A stretch of 64,000 bases of DNA from Lepidodermella squamata. Lineage: Eukaryota; Animalia; Gastrotricha. The stretch is taken from the NCBI GenBank assembly GCA_047495785.1, contig JBLDXI010000064.1, positions 620,001 through 684,000 on the forward strand, given 5' to 3'. The position numbers and the translations under genes are program-made. The stretch's first letter is position 1, and each line of letters opens with the position of its first letter. Below are positions 23,100 to 35,808 of this stretch, one piece after another. The notes under the pieces are model-generated. The model did not search any database. It was not told where the DNA came from and was given only the letters and a program-made list of their open reading frames with translations.

Positions 23100-24850
23100 C
23101 CTGTGGCAGACGAGAGTTCGGAAGAAACACCGGTGACTTCAGAGGCGGCGACGGGGAGAGACGAACGCTTTCGAAATCCTCACGCAGAGGCGAAACCATG
23201 GCAGAACGGTATAGTCAGCATAGCGGCTTCGTGCGATGACCAGGAAAGCGGAGATGCTAGGCACGCGGCACCGCTGCTCAAGGGCAGAGTTGCGGACGCG
23301 ATCGTCCAGTCGAACGCGGAGAAGGCAATTGTTCTGAAGTACGTCCAGACGGCGAAGCTGCGGAGGAGAAGGCAACAGCCCTGAAAGTCGCAATGGAGCT
23401 TACAAGTGAAAGGTAGGTAGCGCGGCGCCATCTCAAAGACAGGCCCGGACGATGCACGACCGTGTGAAACCAGGACAGATTACGCCCGCACCGTTGAAGG
23501 ACGTGGTCTTTGTGAGGCTTCAAAGTGAGCTTTTCATCGAAAATGAGCCCGAGTATGCGCAACGCTGTCACCTGTGGAACGGCGGCGCCGCGTAGTTCGA
23601 CTCGAAGGACTGGGGGCTGGCGAGAGAAAGCGATGACTGCGCTTTTAGAGGCATTTTAGAGGCGCCAAAGGCATGCCCAGGCGGCAATTCGATCGACGTC
23701 GGTCTGGGCGAGCGTCTGAGCTTCGACATAGGTAGCACCCGTGCTGGCAAGGGTGAGGTCGTCGGCATAAGCGTCCAGGGATGTAGATGATGTAGGATGT
23801 AGAGGAGCGGAGAAAGCGGGGACCCTTGCGGAACACCGCACTGTAACACGGCCTGCTTGCCTGAGGAAACCGGCCACACGAGCTTGGAGCTTCCGATCGC
23901 GTAAGTAATCCGCGAGCCACCCAATGAGATAGCGCGGCAGAGGCAGTTGGCCAAGCTAATCGACCAAGCCAGCGTGCCAAACTGAATCGTACGCGGCCTT
24001 CACATCGAGACCAACAACTATCATCTTCCACTTGGTCGCGCGGGCCTGATGCACGCGGTGGGCAACACAAACTGAAATGCGAGCCGCCGGGCGATGCTCA
24101 CGAGAAGCATATTGATTGTCCGGGAGGAGATGGTGGGCCTCCAACATCTGGTTCATCAAACGCGTGATTATCGCAACGAGAATTTTGGCATCCGACGGCA
24201 ATAGCGATATGGGACGCTGCGACGACACGGCTTGCCCGACTTGGGCACAGCCACGGCAACTGTCTCCTTCCAATCCGGCAGGGAGTATTGGCTGCCGCGG
24301 CACATGTTGTAGAGCAGACGAAGGTGAGTCTGTAGAGGCACACCAGCCCACTTAAAAAAGACGTTGCCGACACCATCGAGTCCACGAGTTGAAAGGCTTC
24401 AGGTTATGAATTGCTCGCGCTAGCATGCGCTGGCTGACACTGCGGACCAGGTAGGTGAATTACGGCATCAGGCTGGAGGCCAGGGTCTGTGGACATAAGA
24501 TGTTCAAGCTCGAGCCAACGCTGACGGGCAAGAGCGTCGGCAGCTGGGTCACAGTGGTGGTACATCGGAGCCACAAAGTGAGTGAGCAACTCGTCGGCGA
24601 GAGCGGTCGAGGGGCGGAGAATAGAGCCGTCGGGTAGGGTCATCGGACCGGTCGAGCGAGGCGGCTGGTGCCGGTCGAGCTTTCGCAGACGTACCCAAGC
24701 TTCACGATAGCGCAGCTGTGCAGAGATGGCCTCAACTTGCCGCAGGTTGGCGACATCGCGGTTGTACTCGAGCTGTTGCATCGAGCCGCTTGATTTCGGC
24801 TGCGACAGCGGGATCAACGTGATTGCCAATGGCCCGCTTAATAAGAGCAC
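23100..24850 (-). mobile_element. Degenerate (frameshifted) non-LTR retrotransposon RT region
   Basis: Fragments RPISLL, LDVKAAYDSVWH, GVPQGSPLSPLLY, AYADD and LRILGLIFDEKLT lie in several frames; boundaries approximate. Confidence 0.85.
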
Positions 24851-26869
24851 GCATCTCAGGAGTCATCATATTTTCTTCAGCTCGCTACGCTCACAAAGAG
24901 GAACGTGAAGAAGTAGATACATACATACATTGCTCTCTTTGTGATATAGTTTTGGCAGATATTCGTATTCGCGGTATAAAATGAAATTGTCCGCAGGGCT
25001 TTTCAATTTTCTCCTTCCGTGTTCTTCCGGTTTCCCGATAGAGTGTGTGTTGGCCATGATGCCTCAAAGCTTGTAGCCACGCCTTCTTAGAGAGATATCC
25101 TGGGTTCGATCCCCCGATTTTTGATCAACCAGACTGGGCACGTCACTTTATAATAAGAGATATGGATGCAATTGCACGTTCAAGTTATAGCGATTGTTAT
25201 AGCGAGGTACTTATCGAGGTACTTAACCGTCACTATCATGCGTTCAAACCGAATTCTGATAGAATACATGTCACCTAGGCGTCTCGGGTAACTTGGGCGC
25301 CGTCGCGGTGAGAGTGCTAGAGTCAAGGGTGTTGTTACTCGCGAGGCGATTAATCGAGTGCGGCCTTTATACGACTAAATACGGTATTTTGTTCCGTGAA
25401 CGAGAGACATTATTCCGATAGAAAGATATTAGCTCCGTTTAATTCGAATCATGTTGCGCAGCTCGGCTGGCAAAAGGTCTTTTAGCAGTGCGCGATCGGT
25501 TCGTTGCATCGGATGACCTTCCGTCCCAAACAACGCCATTTAAAAACTGCGCTCGCATCGGTTTATTGTCAGCATGAAATTTTGTTTGGAATTGGTGCAA
25601 TTTTTTGAGCTACAAATAGATTGCTTGTTAACAATGATTTTTGATGGCAACCTAGCTCGAAATTAAAAAATCTCAAGTGAAATTTATACTGATTGAGCAA
25701 GCGAAGCAAGGCAATTTTTCGACTTTGACACTAAAAAACGACTTAAAACTTCTCGAAAATGAGATATTGCCTCGGCCACAGAAATTCATGTTAGAGTTTT
25801 CGTTCTCAATTATTAAATTCAATTAATCTTGATCGCATAATGTCATCTCACTTTGTTTTGTTTTATAACGAAACGGACTGACACATCTAACAGCTCTCTT
25901 CACACTTTGTTGATACTTGGACCTAATTTTCAAGTCGAGCTCTCAACAATGGGAACGATGCTCATCAAATAAATAAATAAATAAATGAATAAAATTTGGT
26001 CAGGTAAAATCTGCAACGAGCTTAAATAACACAGGTGACACAGGTCAGTTTAAAATATTAATTCTATCATTAATATCTATCTTCTGATCGTCTTTTGATC
26101 ACACAAAATTCAGAAACAGACAACTCGCGAGCGAAGCTAGCTTTAGCTGACGGTTTTTTTCGATTTTGACTGTGAAAATGGTCCAAAAATGCCTTCTTAG
26201 TGTGGTTCTATTTTAACCACTCTCGAACCCACCACTCTCGAAAAGTTGAAAATTAAAAAGAAAATGTATGTCATATTTTGGCCAATTAAAATATGGCCTC
26301 AAAATTTCAAACCCGTGCATTAATTAACCTTTGCGAGCGAAGCTAGCTTTAGCTGACAATATTTTTCCATTATTCTTTCTGAAAATGAGTTTAAAATGCG
26401 GTATTTTTTCTGAAAACTGCGGTTTTCCCGCCTCCGTTGCCTAGGGCCTAGGATATGTCTTGCTAGCTTGTACAGGGAAGCAGGTCTGTCATCCCAACCA
26501 CTGTCTTAACCAGCCTAGGATGGTTGACTCTCATTGATGAGGATGATCCCTCAGAGATGATCCCCTGAGATGATCACACCCTATAATTCGCGCACTGAGC
26601 TTGGGCTATTAAATTGAACAAACGGGCTATGCATAGCTTAGTTGTATTTGGCCAATATTAATTGATCAAAATACAATAACAATAACAGTTGAGTTATTTC
26701 TAAACAATTTAAGTTAAACAGTTTGTATTATAATAATATAACGCATAATAATAATGCATGATATAACACATTACTAATATGCGATGTATTGCGCCCATTA
26801 CCTCCGTAGTTAAGTCGGGGCAGTTGATCATACGTTCCTTACTAAATCTCTACTATATTTCGATCAATT

Positions 26870-27535
26870 TGTGAAGCCTATGACGCCTTTCACCGACCCC
26901 GCAACGGTGGGCTGACATTGCACAGTTCGTTGCCTCTGATTCCGGGCGAGTTCTCCGTCAGTCAGCGCATTGTTGCCGATGCTGTATCTCGCCTCCAGCC
27001 GGTCAAAGCACCTGGGTTGGATGGCATCAGTCCCCAAGTGGGGAGGTCCGGTGCTGCAACGCCACCTTCGGCTCATGTTCAACCCAAGCCTGGGATCGCG
27101 TTTCGTGCTGCCTGAATGGAAGGATCATAGCTGTTATACCGGTGCCGAAAGCTGGGTAGCCGCTAGGAGCTGTCTCGTCCCAGCGGCCGATCTCGTTGGT
27201 GCCTGTCGATGCTGGAGTCCATCGTGTTGCGCTGGCTTGGAGAGTTCTTGGAGGGCCAACACGCAACCAGTACGCATTCCGCGCTCATCACTCTGAACTC
27301 GATGTTCCTTTACGCATCGCTCTCACCGTTCACCTTAACCGCTCTCAAAAGCGCAAAGTGATCGTTGTTGGCCTGGGCGTCCAGGTGGCCAAAGACTCGG
27401 TCAGAAGTGACGGCCTGGCGTTCAAGCTGCCTCGCAACCGCGCTGGGTGGCTCACGGACTTCCTGCGCGATCGTAGCCTACATGCGCGTATTGCGGGCTT
27501 TCTTAGCCGGCAAGTAATCGTCAACGTGCTGTAAC
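26870..27535 (+). mobile_element. Degenerate RT fragment related to the 23100-24850 element
   Basis: KAPGLDGI, LPEWK, NQYAFR, VVGLGVQVAKDSV, WLTDFLRDRS in shifting frames. Confidence 0.75.
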
Positions 27536-27569
27536 TGACGCATTTCTGTCGTGCGATCCGCTAATAGAG

Positions 27570-28260
27570 AGAGAGAGAAACCATTTTATTTGGTTGTACT
27601 GTGTTATTAACAATAATAACGATGCCTTTAAGACGCAGTGGTATATATTTCTTAATTTTAGTTGGATAATATTTCGATTAATGGTTGGAATGATTGTTAG
27701 CGTATAGATGATGATTTAGGATTCTAATTCCATCTTTTAGAACTTGAAGGGCGATTTCCACTGATTTGCTGCTGCTGATGCCGTAATCCTGAAGTAGTTT
27801 TACCGCTTCTTTTGTCAGTGAGCCACGGGCGCCAATGTAGAGGCCGCGTACTTCGACCGAGTCCAGGTCGAAAGCTTCACAAATAAAGTTACTGCACGGT
27901 TCATATATTGAACGCTTTTCCAGATCTACAGCTGTAAATTGGTCTTCAGTTGACTCGAATCTAATCGTCGGGTCGATAATTAATCCATGTCTACTTCCCT
28001 TTTGAACTGCTAAAATGTCGAATCGTCGCGTTGAACCATTGTTGGCGATGCAATGTCCTTCCTCAGTCACTTTGAGGCCTTGGCTACGTAGTTCAGCCGC
28101 AATTTTCTGACGGATCTTGTTATGTCTCGAAGTAATCAGCAACGAGTTGAAGGGGCAAGCGCCGAGGACGTGGGGAAGGGTTTCAATCTCAGCGCCGCAT
28201 CTGCGACACTGGGTACCGTCCTGACTGACACCTGGCACACCTCTCACCGGAGCCGTATTC
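27570..28260 (-). mobile_element. 3' end of a restriction-like-endonuclease (R2/NeSL-type) non-LTR retrotransposon
   Basis: ORF 27678-28247: CRRC-x-ETLPHVLGAC (CCHC), RHN, RFDIL...DPTIRFE...EKRSIY; short 3' UTR with AATAAA next to a (TC)n run. Confidence 0.85.
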
Positions 28261-28700
28261 GTATTTTATATTTATGTAAACAATGACCTTGCTACACCCT
28301 CTGCACGCTGTTCATTGACCACGAGCGTAAACCCTTAATAATCGTAGCAATCTGCTGCGGCAAAAAACACTTGTTGCAAAAAGTTTCATGGATCGCACGA
28401 CAGAAATGTTTCATCCGGGAGTCATAGCAACAATTGATTGACCAATCAGTGCGCGCCCAGAAATTCAATGTCCCGATCGGGGTGGATGGGCGATAAACAT
28501 TAACGACTTGCCACTAGCTTCCTTGAAATCCGCTGCCGTTGTCTGGATATCCAGGATCAATTTTGCACCCTACATGCTGCTAAATCTGGACAGGCACACT
28601 GTCACAAAATTCAGAGTGAATAAAAAAGAGCGATTTTATTCTGCACTTGGTAAACATTCTCGAACAGAAGAAAAAATTAATTTGCGGCATTCTGCTGGTT

Positions 28701-31700
28701 TCAACACGTTGACCTCGCTCGACTTGCTCCACGCGACCTCAGCAAATCGGCCGCATCGGTGTTGCTGTTGCAAATCGCGATATCGAGAGCTGTATCGCCT
28801 CTTGCATTTGTGACTTTCTTGTTTGCACCTCTATCCAGCAACAGTCGAACTGCTTCTACTGTTCCATTCTGAGCCGCACTCATCAATGCCGTCAAGCCAG
28901 TGGTGGACTTGACCTCGATGGCAGCCCCGCGATCCAATAACAGTCGAGCTACTTCGACTTGCCCATACCAAGCCGCTCTCATCAACGCCGTCACGCCCTC
29001 TATATTTTTACCTTCAATGGCAGCCCCGCGATCCAGCAACAGTCGAGCAACTTCGATTTGCCCGCGGCTAGCCGCAATCATCAACACCGTATCACCAGGG
29101 TAGTTACTCTTTTCCTCGATGTCAGCTCTGCGATCCAGCAGCAGTCGAACTACTTCGACTTGCCCAAACATAGCCGCATACATCAACGCCGAATAGCCTG
29201 ATTTATCCTTAGCCTCAATAGAAGCGTTGCGATCAAGCAACAGTCGAACTGCTTCGACTTGCCCATACCAAGCCGCTCTCATCAACGCCGTCACGCCATC
29301 TATATTTTTACCTTCAATGGCAGCCCCGCGATCCAGCAACAGTCGAGCAACTTCGATTTGCCCGCGGCTAGCCGCAATCATCAACACCGTATCACCAGGG
29401 TAGTTACTCTTTTCCTCGATGTCAGCTCTGCGATCCAACAAGAGTCGCACTACTTCGACTTGCCCAAACTCAGCCGCATCCATCAACGCCGTCCTGCCAT
29501 TGTCGGATTTGGCCTCGATAAAAGCGTTGCGATCCAACAGAAGTCGAGCTACTTCCACTTGCCCATACCTAGCCGCTCTCATCAACGCCGTCACGCCCTC
29601 AATATTTTTACCTTCAATAGCAGCGTTGCGATCCAGCAACAGTTGAATTACTTCGATTTGCCCGCGATAAGCCGCAATCATCAACGCCGTATCGCCGGGG
29701 AAGTTACTCTTGCCATCAGTGGCAGCGTTGCGATCCAGCAACAGTCGAGCTACATCGACTCGCCCATTTGCAGCCGCCCACATCAACGCCGTCCAGCCAT
29801 AGTTATCCTCCCTGTCATTCACATTAGCTCCACGTTCAATGAAAAGCTGAGCAATTTGCAGTCGCTGGTCTGATTGGCTCCGATTGCACAATACACTGTG
29901 CAGTAGGGTGCCATTTGTCATAGTCAAACCACCACAGTCAATCGTCTTTTCGTTGCTCCAGTTCGGGTCGAATTTGCCGCCTGTGGATTCGTCGATCTCC
30001 GCAACGAGTTGCCGCACCTGCGCCACGTCGCCCGCCTTGGCTGTTGCATTCCACAACTGCTCGTAAACTTCACGAATCTATATGTCACAAACAAAAATTG
30101 AGTTTCTATTAGGATCGATTATTTGAGATGAAACTGAAGCTGAAACTAGCTGTAACGGAGAGGGATCCTGTTAATTTCCTAACTTATTACATGCCCTTGA
30201 TCCGACTTTTCAATTTCCCCAAAATGTCTACGAATTATTTGTCGCGAAGCGCGAAGTAGTTCTATCCTGGGCCAGGGCGACGGCCTCTTCAAAATGTATA
30301 ACCCCCGTCTGGGAAAACTAGAGACAAATAGGATGAGTTGTAAGAAAGCAGAAATAGACCGCTGATAAGAGAAGCTGAGCTGAATTTTAGTTTTACAAAT
30401 CGAACCGAATCGAATTCGTTATCGTATATTTGGTTGCCGTGATGAAATACAAACCGAACCGAACGAACCGGATTTCAACCGGATTCGGCGTCGAATAACC
30501 TAAAAAGTGGTTTATTCTTTCAGAAAACTTACAGGTCTTGCCTGCCTCGAGACGCAAAAACCAGGCTGGGACCAGGTGACGTTCGAGAGGCACGATATGA
30601 TAGAATTTCCTCTGATATTGAAATTCGAGTTGCATGATATTGTTCGCGTGGCTCCAACGCTCGATTGACCAGGTGATACGAAGCCGTTTCGGATTATGGG
30701 TGGCAGCCCACAAACTTTGCACGATTATTTTGTTACAATAATCAAAAACGATGAAAAATGAGTCACCTGCTGGTTCACAGCTACCAGCCGCAGACCAGGT
30801 GCCGTTTGCTTGGCACTGACTTGTTCCAGTGTAGGAAGTAGCGGGGGGGATGAAAAGTCGCGAAAAGTCGCGCCCCCAAAAAAATAAACCATCCCCCCTG
30901 CTCCAAGTTTAGTCGTTGTGGCGAAGGGCAGGCTATCAGCTACAGTAACTGAGCTGTTTCCAAGTAACGGTAAACGAATGCGTTCAAAAAACCCCGCTAA
31001 TCAAAGTTCACATGAATAATAAACAGTGCTGAAATAATACATTTCAGTAAAGAAAATCAATATAAATAAATATTAGAATTTAGTTTTTTGAAAAAGAAAA
31101 TACCCGGGAATCCGTTCAACGCATCTAAGAGCACCCGCCGCCTGTTAAGGTAAAAAAGCGTCCACAATCCAGGTTCTTGGACATGCTTGCTCAAAACGGT
31201 CTTGAATTTTGAAAATCTAATTTCAGATTCGTGATCTAGGGACCTTACTTGTAATTAACGATGTATTTTTTCTTTGTATCTCGTTCAGACGTTCAATCCC
31301 GGCTCCATTTTGCTCCGGGAGCGGGATGATCTTGCTTGACCCCAGGTTCTTGGCCATGCTTGCTCAAAACGGTCTTGAATTTTGAAAATCTAATTTCAGA
31401 TTCGTGATCTAGGGACCTTACTTGTAATTAACGATGTATTTTTTCTTTGTATCTCGTTCAGACGTTCAATCCCGGCTCCATTTTGCTCCGGGAGCGGGAT
31501 GTATTTTTTCTTTGTATCTCGTTTAGACGTCATTTATAACCTTGCAGTTTGAAATGTCGAAGCGTGATCGCCTCGTAGCGGTGACTAAGCCTCCGTCTCA
31601 AGTGGAAGTAAACAAGTTTTTCAGAGTGGGTGCTACATCACAAGCCGCCGTAATTGATGTTAGAGCGTCTGAGTCAGAAATCGTTTATTCCGATTCCGAA

Positions 31701-33758
31701 TCTGATGAAAATGGATCGCCTCCCAAGAGAAGACAGATCGTTTCTGCTGTACCTAGGCCGAAATCCGTTGCTGTTAACCGGCAACTTGACTCATCGAGCT
31801 CCTCGGCGTCTACTTGTTCATCAGAGGTGTTCGTTGAACCCAAAAGTGAAATACCGACTGAAATGGTCGAGGTGGTTGTGAAAGCTGCTCGCATCGAACT
31901 GGAATCGCTGGCTGCATTAAAGACTGACAAATCGCATCCCGTTGCCTTCAAATCGGGCGAAATGTTTTCTAAATGGCTAAATCGTCAGTTCACTTCTCTC
32001 GAATTTGGAACGTCTGGGATGTACTGCAAGGAAAACAAGCTTTATTGCTCTCTGTGTCAATCCGGTAAATTCAATTTAAATTTTCATTTCATTTTTAATA
32101 TGTTTTCTTCAGGATTTGATCTGACAAAAGGGCGCTATTCTCCGGCTTTCACAACGGAAGGTGCTACCTGCAATTCGAAGCGATCTGATAAGACTTGGCA
32201 GAAGCTGCATAAACATTTCAGGTCTAGTCCTCACCAGCAAGCCTGGAAGGAGATGAAGAGACGGCAGCTCGATGGCATTCAAGCGGCCTTTCTTGTTGCC
32301 GAAGAAAATGAAGATGAACGATTCCGAAAATGTGTTGGCGAAACTATTGCTGTGTTCGATGTGTCCTATACAAGCGTCAAGGAGCATTTGGCTTTTGAGA
32401 AGCATCCAGAGATGTTAGCCTTGCTTCGTCGTCATGGTGTGAAGACCGGTACCGTTCTCTTTTCGAAACATTCTTCTAAGAAAATCGCCATGTTCGTTTC
32501 CGACGCCATGAAGAAACAGTTTGTCAAGTATATCATCGAGCAAAAAAAGAAGCTTGCGGTTATGGTTGACGAGAGTACTAATGTACAATCGAAGTCCGGT
32601 TTGGTTATCTACATTCGTTTCGTATCCGAACACGAAGGTACAACCTGGTTTTTTGAGCTAGTAGAATTGGACGATCTTGACGCTGATGCCATTGCCGATG
32701 CTATCGTCAAGAGCTTGGTTGATGGTGGCTTCAGTTTGGAGTACCTGAAGGAATTTTGGATAGCGTTAGCGATGGATGGCGCATCAGTTATGCAAGGGCG
32801 ATTTAATGGAGTCGGTATGTTCTAAAATCTCGTCATTATGGCTTTAGGATATAATCTTACATTAACAGGTGCTAATTTAAGAAGGAGGTTTAACAAATTG
32901 TGGCTAATTCACTGCTTAGCCCATCGGCTGGAGCTAGCAATAGCTGATGCCATCAAATCTTTAACCGCTGTTCAAATGTTCAAATCCTTCGCAGCTGACG
33001 TGTACAACTTCTATTCAAACTCAAGCAAGCGTCTCAAAGAGCTATCGTCCGAAGCCTCGGAGCTTGATGTGGTGATTCGTCGCAACCAAAAACTCTTTGA
33101 CATCAGGTGGGCCTACTCGTCCTACCTCAGCATCACTGCTTTGCTGAATAACATGCCTGCAGTTTATGAGCACCTGAAGCGAATTTTTTTGATAACTTTT
33201 ACTTGTGTTTCAAACCTATCCCCCTTTCGCTGAAAAGTCTACTTCCTACACTGACTTGTTCCTTGGCCAACGCGTTTGAAGCCTGGATTGCAGACCAATG
33301 TCATCGTGGACAAGTAAGATGTTGATCTGTTGAAGCTAGTTAGATATCCGTTACTTAATACAGGAGCGGGGCCACAGTCTTGATAACAAGCATGAAATAT
33401 CAGTTTAGAAGAGCTTTTGTTACATACTTATCGGGTTACACCTTCCGTTAATCACCGGTCGAAACGGCGGTACGCACGTGGCAGTCGATACAGATGACGA
33501 ATAGGTGTAGCCAGGGTTGCATTTCAAGCTAACAACTGCTCCTTTTTCCACAGCTGTTCCCGGCCTCAGAACTGCGCCAGAATCTTCCGAAGTTTCCGGC
33601 TCCATTCGTGTCACAAATCCCGCCGGCACGTTAGGCACGGGGCAAGACTGCTCAGGCGTGCTTGTTTGGCTGCGAACATTCGCGTTTTCCGATTGAGCAA
33701 AGACCAGGCCCGATGCCAGCCCAAGGAAAACGATTGCAATTGCTAAGTGGAGACGCAT
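28701..33758 (-). CDS. Locus B: predicted secreted SP-CCP-CCP-CCP-ankyrin(10) protein; middle CCP exon interrupted by a hAT element
   Basis: Exon 1 33758-33428 (signal peptide fused to CCP1, phase 1). CCP2 exon 33378-30767 (NCGPAP..CNPGFK..GTS|QCQANGTWS..CEP) split by the hAT. CCP3 exon 30714-30533 (phase 1 to 0, GTAAGT donor). ANK exon 30077-28701. About 688 aa if the insertion is removed. Confidence 0.75.
31169..31531. repeat. 173-bp near-identical tandem duplication in the hAT 5' region
   Basis: CCAGGTTCTTGG.CATGCTTGCTCAAAACGG.. starts at 31169 and 31342; a partial third sub-copy at ~31498-31531. Confidence 0.9.
31554..33181 (+). pseudogene. 3'-truncated hAT transposase
   Basis: LYCSLC, MVDEST, MDGASVM, HCLAHRLEL and DIRW are present; homology stops at VYEHLKR about 60 bp before the right TIR, so the C-terminal ERxFS region is missing. 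Confidence 0.85.
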
Positions 33759-34290
33759 TCAGAAAATTAAACAAGAAAACTGAGCTTTCAAATTTAAGAA
33801 TTTCCTCTTGCTCGTGTGCGCATCTAATGTTGTTTTTACGTTCAAGCATTTTTCTTATATATTAGGTTTTATCTCTCCTTTTTGTAATATTGATGAGTAA
33901 TGCATGAGTAATAAATTATTCAAATCCTTTGTTCACGAATTCCCACTCGTGAAGACATGCAGATTGAAAACATCTGGCTTGGAAACCTGAATAGATCAGT
34001 CATTTCGTTGTCTTTACTCTTGACGGTGGCGATTATTTGATGTAGGAAGTTCATTGAAGAAAAATGAGCTATCAACTCTTGCTCGTGTATGGGCATTTAC
34101 GTTCTTCGTGTAGCCTTTTCGTCCAAGTAATTTTTTCTCCTATATATACATTAGGTTCTAACTCGTTTTTTTTCTCCTCTGTAATATTGATGCAGTGCAT
34201 GAGTAATAAATTATTCAGATCCTGTTGACAAATTCCCACTCTTCAAAACATCCAGATTGAGAAAATCCTGTTAGGAAACCTGAATAGCAA
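33759..34290 (-). promoter_or_regulatory. Family promoter block of locus B plus an extra tandem copy
   Basis: The block ..TAATATTGATG..GCATGAGTAATAAATTATTCA..AATTCCCACT..GGAAACCTGAATAG occurs at ~33885-33994 and again at ~34182-34287. Confidence 0.6.
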
Positions 34291-35668
34291 GGATGATCAG
34301 GAGGATGATGTCTCGAGGCAAGCATTGCGAATTAGCTGCCAAGACACAAGGTGGACGGAGCTGAGCAGAGATTAAACTAAAGAGAGCCGCCAAATCCACA
34401 TCCTTTCCGTGCTTTTTTATGGCGATTGGCGATAGAATCGTCAAACAGCAGGCTACAGGAAAAGTGTGCAATATGCGTAAAACATTTGATGCTCCGTCTC
34501 GCTCGCTGGTCATTTTTTCAGTGATCCGACTAGGTACATCTCTGAGGATTTTTCAGAAATTTTCGAAATTTTCGGGGGGTTCGTTCACCCCTCACCCTTC
34601 GTACTCGGAGCACTGCATTTTTTAGGTATTGTTCAGATGTGGGGGACTGTCCTAGTGGATAAGGAAGCTAGGCATGAGCGTGACGTCGTGGGTTCAACGC
34701 CCGTTGACGTCGCCCGACGATGGTTTAGCAATTCACCCTGGTGAACAAATGAATTGCTATTCGAAGGCAATTTGAAAAAATTGCCCGGGGCTATCTGGAG
34801 CTCGAATTGATCGAGGGGACCAAAGTGTGTCGTGGCCCAGGCTGGCGTCGAGGAGACGCCGTCCTCCCTCAACACTGGCGTCTTAGTCGTCCGACCAACG
34901 CTCGGCCTTGGCGTTCGGTACACTGAGGTAGATTTATGCCCACGTAAAACGTAAAACATAGCATGCAGGAGTGAGAATGAGATGAGACGATGAGTAGATC
35001 AACGCATTATTAAAATGGACATCGATAGACCATCGTAGATTATTGACAAGCCGACGATTTTTGCCGGCGCCAAGCGATCCATAATCAGTAATATCAACTC
35101 CCGACACGCGACTTGGTCTCACGAGGACCTTTTAGATAATCTCTGGGCACCATCCGACATGGTGGTGCCGGTTTTGGAGAACGAGAGGGTGGAGAACTAA
35201 CCGGAAAAAGTTTGAATTGTAGCTGACATGATTGTTCAAGTGGCGATAAAAGTTGATGTGAAGCACAAACGTATCACGTTGGATTTAATTAATGAAGTTG
35301 TTTTTATTCGGCCAATTCTACAAGTATTCTTTCAATTTATCTAATTTTTTGAAGAAAAAGAGCAAAGAACTTATTCGACCCTAGCGATCCCCAGATTGAG
35401 AAACCCTGCGCGAAGCTATCTATTCTGTCACCGAGCAAGGCACGCTAGTAAAATAAACGAACGGCGGCGATGTCGCTATCACCAACAGCGGGCACAGTTT
35501 TAGCTACAGTCACCAATTTGACCGTGTATACAACGATGAGCATCCGCGAAAATGTCGTTAAACGGCACCCTGGTACAGACCAGTCCGATGGAATCACAAC
35601 AAGTTTTTTTCTGCGCAGCAAATGAATATAAGAACGTCCGGCATCTTTCACTAAGGAACATCCCAGAT

Positions 35669-35737
35669 GATCCATAAATCATCCATAATAAATCCATAAT
35701 AAATCCATAATAAATACATCCATAATAAATCCATAGC
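35669..35737. repeat. Short minisatellite (ATCCATAATAA)n, ~5-6 imperfect copies
   Basis: Read directly from the sequence. Confidence 0.75.
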
Positions 35738-35808
35738 ATTACGAATCTCTCTATAATTTTGACTTGTTTATTTCCACCCCTAAAAGGCTTGCTAAATTGA
35801 TAAACCAA

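Larger units (their letters stand above)
30827..33253 (+). mobile_element. Internally deleted hAT transposon (2427 bp)
   Basis: 15-bp TIR CAGTGTAGGAAGTAG / CTACTTCCTACACTG; 8-bp TSD ACTTGTTC (30819-30826 and 33254-33261). Confidence 0.95.

Noticed and set aside
25050-25115. tRNA-like B-box GGTTCGATCCC
   Set aside because: I could not build a cloverleaf; at most a decayed SINE fragment.
26127-26358. Repeat GCGAGCGAAGCTAGCTTTAGCTGAC (two copies, related word near 44988)
   Set aside because: Likely an internal motif of an unresolved non-autonomous transposon; no ends or TSD could be defined.
30814-30826. Apparent 13-bp duplication CACTGACTTGTTC at the hAT ends
   Set aside because: The extra CACTG is host CCP coding sequence (CAG TGC on the minus strand) that happens to match the TIR end; the TSD is 8 bp.
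34633-35160. Minus-strand ORFs 34633-34959 and 34934-35122
   Set aside because: No recognisable domain or consistent exon structure.
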